Counted from the first letter of the stretch, positions 29,301 through 35,792 are shown. The stretch is 64,000 nucleotides of DNA from Candidatus Enterousia sp. (GCA_045635585.1 JAZTWA010000020.1:2426-66425); one strand, 5' to 3'. The notes: a model not told the origin generated them from the letters alone. Numbers and translations: made by a program.

Positions 29301-30388
29301 CCAGTGTTGGAAGTAAAACCGCTGTTACAAACACAATTGATGCCTTGCAATGTAGAGTTTTTCGGACAGGTATAACAATCGTATTTCTTTTCTCCACTAT
29401 GATAAACATATGATTTGCCGGCTGGACATGCAGAGCACACCATGCCTTTATCCGCAGATGTAGCGCCGTATTCAACAGTATGTTCTTCTATTTTCGGTTT
29501 ATCAGATGGACATATTTCAGGGTCACCGCCCGCGCTGGCGATATAATAACCAGATTCAACCACTGCCTTACATTGACTACTTGATGTCCAGCCTGTGCCA
29601 GTTGCATCCCGATAATACGACGGACATGTCATTCGCTGGCCACCAGAACAGTAATAATAACCAGAACACTGGGTTTGTCCCGTACAGCCCGTACCAGATG
29701 TTCCGCAACCAGTCGCATAATATCCAGATGTTACAGGCGTACACGATGTCGCAGTACTGCCGTTCGTGCCCTGATACTGATAATTGGTACATGACACACA
29801 TTTTTGTGATGCACCAGTTCCCGACAGATATTTACCCTTGCCCGCCTTCAATGTTGTTGTAACAGCGGAAGTAGAGCCATACCATGATGCGTTTTTTACT
29901 GATACATATTGTTCATAACCATTAACATTTGGATTATTTGGATTCCATTGAGCGCTCTCAATCATAGTTGCATAAGGGAGGATAGGTTGCGTTAAAGTAC
30001 CGCTATAACAGCCGGCGGCACTGGCCGACAGGGTTTGGGTACATTGGGTTATGTTCGTCATACCGGTTTGGGTACCCATGGTCCAACCCGATGTTACGGT
30101 TGGACATTTCAGAGATTCACTGGTCGCTTTCATTCTCTTATTTGGACAGATATATCCCGCAGGACATGCCGTACGCGCGGAATTCGGGTTGGTTGACGCA
30201 TTATATCCGGGACAGATATATCCCACCTCGCACATCTTACAAGTAGTGCCCGATAGGTAATAACCCGCGTTACACTGCGTGTACACCTTGGTCGCACTGG
30301 TCGAGCAGGTATAACCCGCCGCAAATGCGTTATTTAATGTGAATAATGAAACCAATAAAATCGCGAAAATACGCAAAAATTTGAACAT
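20375..30388 (-). CDS. Giant (3337-aa) secreted Cys-rich mosaic protein with four EIEVY/EIQAF beta-sandwich modules
   Basis: I prefer the start at ATG 30388 (MFKFLRIFAILLVSLFTLNNAFA signal peptide, GGGAAAG SD) over the upstream Met at 30451. CxxC/GYYC modules run throughout. Listeria-Bacteroides repeats lie at aa ~400-800. Cys-poor modules lie at nt ~27242-27739, 25952-26425, 24527-25054 and 23267-23689. The Cys-free C-terminal ~180 aa map to 20375-20920. Confidence 0.85.
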   Translation of the reverse strand: MFKFLRIFAILLVSLFTLNNAFAAGYTCSTSATKVYTQCNAGYYLSGTTCKMCEVGYICPGYNASTNPNSARTACPAGYICPNKRMKATSESLKCPTVTSGWTMGTQTGMTNITQCTQTLSASAAGCYSGTLTQPILPYATMIESAQWNPNNPNVNGYEQYVSVKNASWYGSTSAVTTTLKAGKGKYLSGTGASQKCVSCTNYQYQGTNGSTATSCTPVTSGYYATGCGTSGTGCTGQTQCSGYYYCSGGQRMTCPSYYRDATGTGWTSSSQCKAVVESGYYIASAGGDPEICPSDKPKIEEHTVEYGATSADKGMVCSACPAGKSYVYHSGEKKYDCYTCPKNSTLQGINCVCNSGFTSNTGGEGGVQYVKPVENGGSCTGYTVNITLNSNGGTLADADFRMRVIYGEKLQVSWDAGGSWEDWSNVGGAGIDTYGSAIATKSGSRFAGFELNVVTGTAPLIIDANGFTTSNFSLTQSMGDYSLKAKWEVCKTTISYDLNGGTGTTPSSQTLTYGTALTLNSGSGLSRAGYTLSGWNTQANGKGTSYSKSQSISSWNGTCGNGTPTSVKLYAQWTPNTIKVTLNNQGATTAGTKEYYYQYNTKGTCYYYTTSALTTCIGGNSGDTITKPTKTGYTFGGYYTGQNGSGTQYVKADGVTTNNLYTVSTSNITLYAKWNPIQATITLDKNDGTGGTTTLYRKYNTNVSISSTSSAAGNLITASAKPYNFSLPSRNLHEFMGYYTAETGGTQVITAVGRLTSDTALLTLYPTSTTFTLYAHWKYVGVQCPTGYYAPDGATSDMDCQIDCDPGYGVFIPGDTCIPLTAVPNMPYYLDAHTVKLGQISNYTVCPTISDYDTQIYSFDGNNMGLHAGLNTCYLDMSGVEHYTDNIIENASIYAIGIEFYEWAEISEIEVYVGDTKLDPDTMYSISGFAEYYWDLFDGDVTTSLSTDDFNYFIDLDLPSGLEYTRIVLRPSQYMAISHTQAIMSIYVNDSLNSSIVASYVPFNAIENGTNGEYNYSDMAYDSAETDYWGTREFASVGFSFPLVAYELMFCQPGTYLPEYRYYAGGPHPTCNPASAGHYAAGEGNSQETPCPAGKYQDATGQTACKNTNSGYYVTGCNSDNEACTSQTKCTGATYCSGGVQENCPTGYVDDLSERKTAASQCKILVPGGKYLRTKYSTNTAPCVAGSYKAEHLVGYGQVETQESCIVCGINQYSDSGAAACETCPSGYVNSGNTSLYHAYAYSCKTTCSAGQRVTTPGATCSSPAGNWFYGESQEVSYGNVSAVNYCMDGYTASGTTAADHDAATDCKTTVPAGQAVNKNTITARYVRFASDGYLYGSGSESDMDPSIYLNEIQAFTSNNATGTNLLDGLLAFGIPDINGEEAYEVGYGATDGYFDVSDTYISFEQGQQGSILFDMGANQEIGSFVFSVDYGYRETYKNVQIFVATADEPNNWIPVMQPTDIETSDSYIDQIIINTVVVSDIPRSCAANTYRAGNTALALTSTLTCSSCPTAYPNSDVGTSDEKYCYVSKTKTGAQLNPDIPDRCSNATYNACTPGSCTYRDYNGATDETCTASSCTKTIASVTATAGNYVSGTSSCDVCPAPYSNSAAGNTGGVSACYLNTTPGKYIADKEDKDETECPTGEYCPSEKVNYGSANGGFSCDKETEGNYPFSELGSDSIRDCYVNVHAGGAVLTPMAAPVNLDTIGNNLVASAWTDEHSVYYQSVSPMNFCSTINNVAGDKTMTNGLIGNFAPTPNMPHDSSQHACIAPITPSGGIYQSRPVRYPIPGRIEVFADTSSFIEIAEIRFYFLELADALDAGSFEISTTQLPAEMVDRFMTILDADGHVVPTMSLLDGDVIDAVWLESGDRIRIDIDSGGLYGAIRNNTDIKDPALSHIEIIPVTEKDSREARIRVMVEDAAETARSLIRTGEQTGEAGDNMPVLGATFRFPLYVTAPKACGAGTYKESDRQYFANTLETCDSCPAPVDGWKYDTATGLGSWAECKMVTTTSTSGTPLSSCSAGALSATALDSTHWKDPTVSTALKAKSNNYVNGTRCSACSGLAGGFYPNSAADNTGGASACYTNTISGAYIATANASSTTSCASGTFKGDHTVNYGSTSSCSVCGDNQYSVTGATSCTACPSEYGNSGDTATAHAGESSCKTTCSAGQRVVSAGEQCTSPAGNWFTSAAQDVNYGSISAVDYCMTGYTSNGTTASAHDAARDCTTTISGQYIEQNTIPASKIKIVGIPSGTTLNFMLNEIQAFESHDGTGTNILAGKNCSVGANCAGATDGNFSMPAGQKPTASADGEFVFELGGSYEIGSIMFNTLTPIFDSLGIYVLGGMYGDWIPVFYEENYTKVGVSTPTMVVLNGESIDCDSGTYQGTTTVVLGDTSTCSSCPAAGDGWYYDGPDGLTDVTQCTAMTDVSYGGTPLGNCSAGKLTKTAKDSTSWNDPTVTTALTAKANNYVNGQTCDACPSGYPNSVVGNTGGVTACFSNTKQRPWTGSQLDGAIPTNCSAVTDWNACSVAACDYTAYANSAGTGDGTVKSGCETNAESCTKTVKAVSAQAGFYDAGTTCTACPSGYPNSVVGNTGGASACYTNTISGAYIAKPNDATSTQCAAGTFKGNHSVHYGDTSTCDTCTAGNYCVAGSSAETSCSTLGSFYTKSLAGAKTDTACYGTTTSKKYIQTVGDQTESDCAANGYCTGGIDVHYGSVGGRTACSTLGGGLYKNSPAKSDEAEDCYTDEISGAYLGKSTDTSTTECAGGTYLGKHTLNYPQTSTCSTCVAGNYCPAGSTVQTACSKLGGGLYSHSASGATQDTDCYAKVVAGHYIQTKADEVQTTCSGTYYCPGGTLYWDNVGGNEKCPDAESHKRVTYPEKYHNPTLVFVENKSDLTGLTKITECAVTYEFTNKYGQFLVDGTTYNSSNGKYDIGGDLFYDTLNPGYYFTERLSATWCDDIVNNPKRAMLYSDAAACPKDHYCSGLDAMPLCSSGTYNATLGQTSCVNPYPNSDGGTSATSVNACYLSTTAGKYVETAGAGLTDCVAGGYCAGGTKIYADKTGGITVCASNTYSDAGASACTACDTEDGYGNSGNEYSQHAGIKSCVVSCPAGSYVETAGGKCINVGAGFWGTGGDVAQTETSKRHACTTGLTTIGYGYGANEADDCGRKLHAGGSTIFLRSGKRTAPAFHANVGGLTLYGNMSETNRKAFMTDPERISAWINASNAWVESSDSYSVVYPVEVGKKYTLTFDTTSSSVVGTIFRWGFTDNPSPASQQLQGVVRTSPQSTPSATIEAVAPYLVVQIGAGAAESTLANHLFIEEETLRVKYNNKEYSVVDDWM

Positions 30389-30500
30389 TCTTTCCCACTT
30401 TCGTTGTATATATACAGTTGTAGTGTAGAAAACTTTCCGTATATCGCGCAAGCAAAAAGATGTATATACAAGGCACTTTTTTTATTTGACAGGTTTTGGC
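30389..30500 (-). promoter_or_regulatory. Conserved promoter/5'UTR block of the giant-protein family (copy 3, more diverged)
   Basis: Plus-strand tatata at 30463-30468 and tttgac at 30485-30490 (16-nt spacing). It shares gtgtagaaaa and tgtatatacaa.gca.ttttttatttgac.ggtttt with copies 1 and 2. Confidence 0.45.
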
Positions 30501-30524
30501 GCAGAATTGTGGGATTTTTTTCTT

Positions 30525-30763
30525 TTGTCATTGCGATGGGAGTTTTAACGACCGACGCAATCCAGATAGTGTGTATGCTGATTACTGGATTGCCACGCTT
30601 CGCTCGCAATGACAAAGGTGTTACTGGATTGCTTCGCTGCGCTCGCAATGACAAGGAGTGTAAAGTGTTTTTCCTTTGTCATTGCGATGGGAGTGTAACG
30701 ACCGACGCAATCCAGATGGTGTGGATGATTACTGGATTGCTTCGCTGCGCTCGCAATGACAAG
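30525..30763. repeat. Cluster of palindromic intergenic repeat units (same family as 1712-1874)
   Basis: Two copies of ttgtcattgcgatgggag.gtaacgaccgacgcaatccagat, each followed by ~20 nt and then one or two inverse units actggattgc..cgct.cgctcgcaatgacaa. Confidence 0.85.
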
Positions 30764-30821
30764 GGGAGATAATTTTTATTATGGATTTATTTGTGTCGCA
30801 TATGGTATGCTGGGGCTTGAT

Positions 30822-31982
30822 ATGAAAATATATGACGTTATCATCATTGGCGCAGGGGCCGCAGGACTTACAGCCGCACGTGCGGCGCTTGGTCGTAACA
30901 AGTCTGTCGCAATATTGGAAATGAAAAATACACCTGCGCGCAAAGTTGCCGCATCCGGTGGCGGCCGTTGCAATATTACAAATATGGCCGCAGGATATAA
31001 TAGATACTTTGGACAAAACAAAAACTTTGTGCGCAGCGCGTTGGCACAATTCGGACCAAACGATATATTGGACTGGACAAAAAAGCACAATATCAAATTA
31101 TTCGAAAAAGAAAGCGGACGTTTCTTTTGTGCCGATGGCGCAGATGCTGTCGTTGATGCACTGGTTCGTGATGTGCGTGGCGCAGATATTTTTTATTCAA
31201 CAAGCGTTGTCGCAATTGGTAAAAACGGCGATACTTTTGATATTGTTTGCGACGACAATCGTGTCTTTTACGCAAAATCTGTCATTCTGGCCACAGGCGG
31301 AACGTCTTTTGGGGCCCTTGGCGTGTCCGACATCGGATACAAAATCGCAAAATCTTTTGGGCATAAAATCATACCTGTGCGCCCCGCCCTTTGCGCAATG
31401 GCAATCTCACAATGGCCAAATGACCTGTCTGGAATTTCAATACCGGCACAAATTACCGTTGGTAAAAACAAAATAAATGACGATTTGTTATTTACACATT
31501 TTGGTATCGGCGGACCGTTGGCATATCGCGCATCTTTATTCGACATAACCGATGACATTACAATCAACCTGTTACCAAATATTGATTTAGAAAACATACT
31601 TTGCAACAGTAAAAAAGACAATGGCCGAAAAAGTATCACTAATGTTATTGCAGAATATCTGCCACTGCGTGTTGCACGATGGATTACAAATAACGACACG
31701 CGAAATATTGCAGATATAAAAAACACCGAAATAAAACAAATCACAACCAATATCACAAATATAAAAATTTCACGCGATGCAATTAAGTATCACAATATGC
31801 AAAGCGCAGAAGTTGTGCGTGGTGGCGTTTCAACAGATGAAATATCATCAAAAACAATGGAATCTAAATTATGTGCAAATTTGTTCATTGTTGGCGAACT
31901 GATGGATATTGCCGGCGATTTAGGTGGATTTAATCTGCAGTGGGCATGGGCCAGTGGATATGTCGCAGGTATTAACGCATAA
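30822..31982 (+). CDS. FAD-dependent flavoprotein, HI0933/BaiN (YhiN) family
   Basis: MKIYDVIIIGAGAAGLTAA dinucleotide-binding motif; GGGRCNITN motif; C-terminal GGVSTDEI...GELMDIAGDLGGFNLQWAWASG, typical of this family. Start moved to ATG 30822. Confidence 0.85.
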   Translation: MKIYDVIIIGAGAAGLTAARAALGRNKSVAILEMKNTPARKVAASGGGRCNITNMAAGYNRYFGQNKNFVRSALAQFGPNDILDWTKKHNIKLFEKESGRFFCADGADAVVDALVRDVRGADIFYSTSVVAIGKNGDTFDIVCDDNRVFYAKSVILATGGTSFGALGVSDIGYKIAKSFGHKIIPVRPALCAMAISQWPNDLSGISIPAQITVGKNKINDDLLFTHFGIGGPLAYRASLFDITDDITINLLPNIDLENILCNSKKDNGRKSITNVIAEYLPLRVARWITNNDTRNIADIKNTEIKQITTNITNIKISRDAIKYHNMQSAEVVRGGVSTDEISSKTMESKLCANLFIVGELMDIAGDLGGFNLQWAWASGYVAGINA

Positions 31983-32056
31983 TCAAATTAAGAATATCAA
32001 CCTATCAACATACTTTTAATCTTGGTGTATCATTTCATCAATACAAGGAATGATAT

Positions 32057-32926
32057 ATGAAAGAAATCGTTTTCGTGGCACGCGATAAAAAACAAATTTT
32101 CTGCTCGTTATGGGATAACACAAACGCCCCAATCGGAATCGTTGTTATTATTCATGGAATGAATGACTATGCAAATCGATATGACGACTTTGCAAAATTT
32201 TTGAACCAAAATCGATACATCGTTTTTGGCGCAGACAATCGTGCACATGGACGCACCACCAAACAAAACAAATGGGGGACAACAGACGGCTCAATCGATA
32301 TATTTGCCGATACAGTAAATGATTATGTCGATATGATAAAAATTCTGAACGATACGTACAATCTGCCAATCTTTATTATCGGATACGATTACGGCAGTTT
32401 TATTACACAGGGTGTATTAGAAAAAACAAAACTTTGTATGGGCGGGATATGTATGATGGGTACCGCAAAATTTTCAAAAACTATTCTTTGGTTTGCAAGA
32501 TTTGTCGCATGGGTTAGCATGAAAATTTATGGCCCCGACAGACACATAAAATTTTTAAAAATGCTTTTACCAACAAATAGCATGCAGCGACAAAAATCAA
32601 AATACAGAAAAATTAAAATATATAGCAAAAATCAGAACGATATAAAAGATTATTCAAGTGGATTCTATTATTCATTGTTTAAAAATTTAGTTGAAGTAGA
32701 TTATAAAATTTGCCCAGAAACGCCATTATTAATTTTATCCAGCGGACAAGATATTAACGGCATTCACTGTCGATTAGCAAAGACACTTTACAACGCATAT
32801 AGCATTTATGATTTACACAAAATTACACTGATTATTTACCCAGATGCACAACATGATTTGCTGTTCGGATTAGAAAAAAATAAAGTCCAAAATGATATTC
32901 TGGACTTTATAAATAAACATGTTTAA
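32057..32926 (+). CDS. Alpha/beta-fold hydrolase (lysophospholipase-like layout) with an atypical nucleophile elbow
   Basis: IHGMNDYANRYDDFAKFL...GADNRAHGRT oxyanion region; elbow IIGYDYGSF (Asp where GxSxG has Ser); C-terminal DAQHD His motif. Confidence 0.65.
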   Translation: MKEIVFVARDKKQIFCSLWDNTNAPIGIVVIIHGMNDYANRYDDFAKFLNQNRYIVFGADNRAHGRTTKQNKWGTTDGSIDIFADTVNDYVDMIKILNDTYNLPIFIIGYDYGSFITQGVLEKTKLCMGGICMMGTAKFSKTILWFARFVAWVSMKIYGPDRHIKFLKMLLPTNSMQRQKSKYRKIKIYSKNQNDIKDYSSGFYYSLFKNLVEVDYKICPETPLLILSSGQDINGIHCRLAKTLYNAYSIYDLHKITLIIYPDAQHDLLFGLEKNKVQNDILDFINKHV

Positions 32927-32932
32927 CGCACC

Positions 32933-33259
32933 CTATTCTTCGACCAAAACCATCGATTGACCATCAGATACAATCAGGTCAGGATCATCAGATGTCGTCT
33001 TGCCACCAGTCCAAACATAATATGTATATTGTGCGTCTGTTGGTGCCGCAATTTCAATTATATGCCTTTCAGTTTCCAAAACCAAATCATTACCAGATGG
33101 CATTGAATAGTTTATAACCGTACATTCCGAATCCGCGCATACGTATCCGACATCAGATTCATATGCAATATCAGATTCAGTAACAACCCCATTCGATGCA
33201 GACCGACAACCCGCCAGCGCCAACATCAGTACCAAAAATGGTAAACACTTCTTTTTCAT
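32933..33259 (-). CDS. Small lipoprotein, unknown function
   Basis: MKKKCLPFLVLMLALAGC: signal peptide with a lipobox (LAGC). Confidence 0.6.
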   Translation of the reverse strand: MKKKCLPFLVLMLALAGCRSASNGVVTESDIAYESDVGYVCADSECTVINYSMPSGNDLVLETERHIIEIAAPTDAQYTYYVWTGGKTTSDDPDLIVSDGQSMVLVEE

Positions 33260-33306
33260 GTGGTTAATTATATCACATTTTCACTATAAAAAAAACAAAA
33301 ATAATA

Positions 33307-33377
33307 TTCAACCCTAGGTTGAATTATGTTTAGATTCTTATTTTTTACTTGATAGTTCGATTCAAATCTGCAATAAT
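33307..33377 (+). promoter_or_regulatory. Candidate operator (7-3-7 inverted repeat) and sigma70-like promoter upstream of the HTH gene
   Basis: TTCAACC-cta-GGTTGAA at 33307-33323; TTGATA (33349-33354), 17 nt, AATAAT (33372-33377). Confidence 0.3.
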
Positions 33378-33423
33378 ATATCGCAATATAACTGGGACAA
33401 AAAACAAAATAAAGGAGAAAATC

Positions 33424-33654
33424 GTGACACACCAAATGCTGTGGAATGCGATTGAACAATTGGCAAAAGAAAACAGTATGACATGTTCAGGCATGGCAAA
33501 AAAATGCGGCTTGGACGCAACAACATTTAATAAAAGCAAACAATTTTCCGCAAATGGCACACCGCGTTGGCCATCATGTGGAACATTGGCCAAAGTATTA
33601 ACCACCCTGCACGTTTCGCCAATAGAATTTGCAAAAATGATTTGTGAACAGTAA
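33424..33654 (+). CDS. Stand-alone HTH protein resembling the N-terminal DNA-binding domain of CI/LexA-type (S24) repressors
   Basis: GTG start at 33424, 7 nt after AAGGAGA. The sequence THQMLWNAIEQLAKENSMTCSGMAKKCGLDATTFNKSKQFSANGTPRWPSCGTLAKVL matches the alphaproteobacterial repressor N-domain pattern (...TTFNKSKR...RWPS...). No peptidase domain follows. Confidence 0.6.
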   Translation: MTHQMLWNAIEQLAKENSMTCSGMAKKCGLDATTFNKSKQFSANGTPRWPSCGTLAKVLTTLHVSPIEFAKMICEQ

Positions 33655-33688
33655 TTTAATTCACTATGCACATACTTAATTTCGTGGC

Positions 33689-33773
33689 GAAAAAGTGGCG
33701 GAAGTCCGCCTAAAAAAACAAAGCCCCGACAGATATTGTCGGGGTTTTGATTATTCCTGGCTGAGTAGAATTC
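33689..33773. repeat. Direct repeat, distal copy (terminator-like hairpin plus decayed tRNA-Ser 3'-end-like segment)
   Basis: gaaaaagtggcggaagtccgcctaaaaaaacaaagccccgacagatattgtcggggttttgattattcctggctgagtagaattc aligns with 41823-41909 at ~80% identity, with a 26-nt identical core caaagccccgacagatattgtcgggg. tggctgagtagaa resembles the tRNA 3' end tggcggagtcgaa. Confidence 0.75.
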
Positions 33774-33829
33774 TGTTGCACAATTTCCCATACCCAAATG
33801 CGTAAACACAGGGTATTTACAGGGAATTT

Positions 33830-35113
33830 TTATTTCGTATGTTGTGGTTCGGCAAATCGACGCATTGCATCGTATGCCAAGCCAAGGCCCACACTGGCCA
33901 TTTTGTTTGCTGATGATAATTCTGCATTTGGGAAATATGACTGCATAACACGACTAACATATGGAATTTCGGTCGAACCACCCGTTAAAATGACTAATTC
34001 TATATCTGTGTTTTTTATACCTGCCTGGGCAATGCACTCTTGAACAGATTTTTCAATTTTGGCCATATCGGACTTGATAGAATCTTCAAAAACGGAACGA
34101 TTAGTTTTGACCATCGGAGCATCTGCTAAAAAGTCTAAAACTATTTCATAGTCCTGCTGTGAAGATAGTGCCATTTTAGCATTTTCAACATAATCTAAGT
34201 TTTTATGCCCCAGACGATTTTCTATTATTTCATATAGACGTTTTGTTTTTTCTGGTTCCAGCCCCCAAACAGTATAACCACGCACCCTATTCAGTGTTTT
34301 ATAGTTATACACTTCGTTCACAGATGACCATGTGGAAAGACTGATATACGGACTGGTTGGGATTGTGATGTTTTTATCATATGATTTATATTCTGTCCCC
34401 AATCCAAAACATGGCATAAATGATTTCATTGATAGCGCCTTGTCAAAATCATTCCCACCAATACGAACACCTGTATTAGCCAATACATCTTCGGTTCTAT
34501 CCAACTTGAACTTGCGTTCTGGTGATAATCTGATAACGGTAAAGTCAGATGTTCCGCCACCAATATCAACAACAAAAGCAAGCTTTTCCGATGTTAAATT
34601 CTGTTCGTGTGCAAAGGCCGCAGCAATAGGTTCATACTGAAATGCGACATGTTTAAATCCAGCTGCAAGTGCGATTTTTTCCAATTCCGCCTGGGCTTGG
34701 GCATCACCAGCAGGATCGTTATCACGAAAATGTACTGGTCGCCCCATAACAACATATTCAACCTTGGTGCCTGCTGCCTTGTCAATTTTCTGTTTCAGGT
34801 GTTTTACAAAATATTCAATAATTGTATCAAAGCGGGTCATTTTTCCATTTATGACCGTCCCGCCACGCATTGTTTGTGACCCCAAAATACGCTTCATGCT
34901 GCGCATAAAACGACCAGAACCATCGCCATTTGTATATTTATCCTGTGCGTCACGACCATAATGCACACGATTGGTTTTATCTGCAAAAAATAATGCGGTT
35001 GGAATTGTGTCTTTGCCGCCTTCTACATCCACCATACGTGGTGCATTGCCATCAGAGATGGCAGCGGCAGAATTTGTAGTTCCAAAATCAATCCCTGCAA
35101 CATATTTAGCCAT
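33830..35113 (-). CDS. Hsp70-family ATPase, YegD-like (no substrate-binding lid)
   Basis: 427 aa. GIDFGTTNSAAA phosphate-1 motif, DIGGGTSDFTVI phosphate-2 motif, LTGGSTEIP adenosine motif. The length and layout are those of the short YegD-type Hsp70 homologues. Confidence 0.85.
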   Translation of the reverse strand: MAKYVAGIDFGTTNSAAAISDGNAPRMVDVEGGKDTIPTALFFADKTNRVHYGRDAQDKYTNGDGSGRFMRSMKRILGSQTMRGGTVINGKMTRFDTIIEYFVKHLKQKIDKAAGTKVEYVVMGRPVHFRDNDPAGDAQAQAELEKIALAAGFKHVAFQYEPIAAAFAHEQNLTSEKLAFVVDIGGGTSDFTVIRLSPERKFKLDRTEDVLANTGVRIGGNDFDKALSMKSFMPCFGLGTEYKSYDKNITIPTSPYISLSTWSSVNEVYNYKTLNRVRGYTVWGLEPEKTKRLYEIIENRLGHKNLDYVENAKMALSSQQDYEIVLDFLADAPMVKTNRSVFEDSIKSDMAKIEKSVQECIAQAGIKNTDIELVILTGGSTEIPYVSRVMQSYFPNAELSSANKMASVGLGLAYDAMRRFAEPQHTK

Positions 35114-35180
35114 AAAAGCACCTCTTTTTACTTGAAAAGTTTATAACAAACTGCTTAAATGTCAAGCATAAGGTTATACT

Positions 35181-35792
35181 ATGTTTATTGTAATCGAGGG
35201 TGGTGATGCCGCTGGCAAAACCACATTGATAAACGGACTCAAACAAACAATCCAACAAAATGGACTGGGGAGTTTGTCGCCACAAAACACCCATTTTCTC
35301 AAATCACCAACCGCCCCATTTGCCCCCGTATGGAAGGATTTAATCAAAACATCCAGCCCACTAACTCGATTTTATTTATTCCGTTCTATTGCACAAAATG
35401 ATGTTGATGTTGCAAAAAAACTTTTAGAAAACGGACAGCACGTTATTCTTGAACGGTATTTTTTATCCAGCGAAGCGTTTAATTGGGCATTAGATGAGAA
35501 AAACAATGTTACAGATCCAAATATACGTTCCGAAAACCACGTTAATTATTCTGGATTGCTAAAGCCCGACTTAGGCTTCTTTTTGTATACATCTGACAAA
35601 AACCGCGAACAAAGATTACAACAAAAAGAAAAACGATCAGATTGGGAAAATCGCGATTTTCAGACCATATTCAACCAAAAGCTTAGAGAACTGGCCCAGC
35701 GCGATAATTGGATTTTTATAGATACAGATAAAAAGAATATCACAGAGGTATTACAATTTGTATCAGCCAGGATTATACAATATCAACGCTGA
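35181..35792 (+). CDS. Divergent thymidylate-kinase-like (d)NMP kinase
   Basis: P-loop FIVIEGGDAAGKTT; ERYFLSSEAF at the position of the Tmk DR(Y/H) motif; KPDLGFFLYTSDKNREQRL at the lid region. The usual TREPGGT nucleotide-binding stretch is replaced by LKSPTAPF. Confidence 0.65.
   Translation: MFIVIEGGDAAGKTTLINGLKQTIQQNGLGSLSPQNTHFLKSPTAPFAPVWKDLIKTSSPLTRFYLFRSIAQNDVDVAKKLLENGQHVILERYFLSSEAFNWALDEKNNVTDPNIRSENHVNYSGLLKPDLGFFLYTSDKNREQRLQQKEKRSDWENRDFQTIFNQKLRELAQRDNWIFIDTDKKNITEVLQFVSARIIQYQR

Noticed and set aside
6719-30324. Dozens of 60-240-aa ORFs on the plus strand or in alternative minus frames inside the giant genes (for example 8004..8504, 12714..13328, 22072..22701, 24252..24965, 25447..25965).
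   Set aside because: They are fully nested in 10-12-kb uninterrupted ORFs with clear repeat and domain structure. Their translations are low-complexity (His/Cys/Gln/Met-rich), and several merely mirror the intragenic nucleotide repeats (MCWYSMQMHHRCCPPQSLD appears repeatedly). These are shadow ORFs produced by biased composition.
30334-30772. ORFs spanning the palindromic repeat clusters (30334..30654 -, 30404..30772 +, 50907..51161 -, 51053..51532 -, 1611..1853 -, 1805..2068 +).
   Set aside because: Their sequences are concatenated translations of repeat units (SLRAKRGNP, LLRCARNDK, VIASGAKQSS, IAMTKEK) in both orientations. There are no SD sequences and no coding signal outside the repeats.
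33774-33829. Possible further tRNA-Ser-derived pieces to the right of the distal direct repeat (cacaatttccca versus the anticodon arm cacatttccaa; ataccc...gggtat versus the variable arm).
   Set aside because: The pieces are not in tRNA order and are short, so a chance match is plausible. Only the acceptor-like tggctgagtagaa directly adjoining the repeat is used as evidence.
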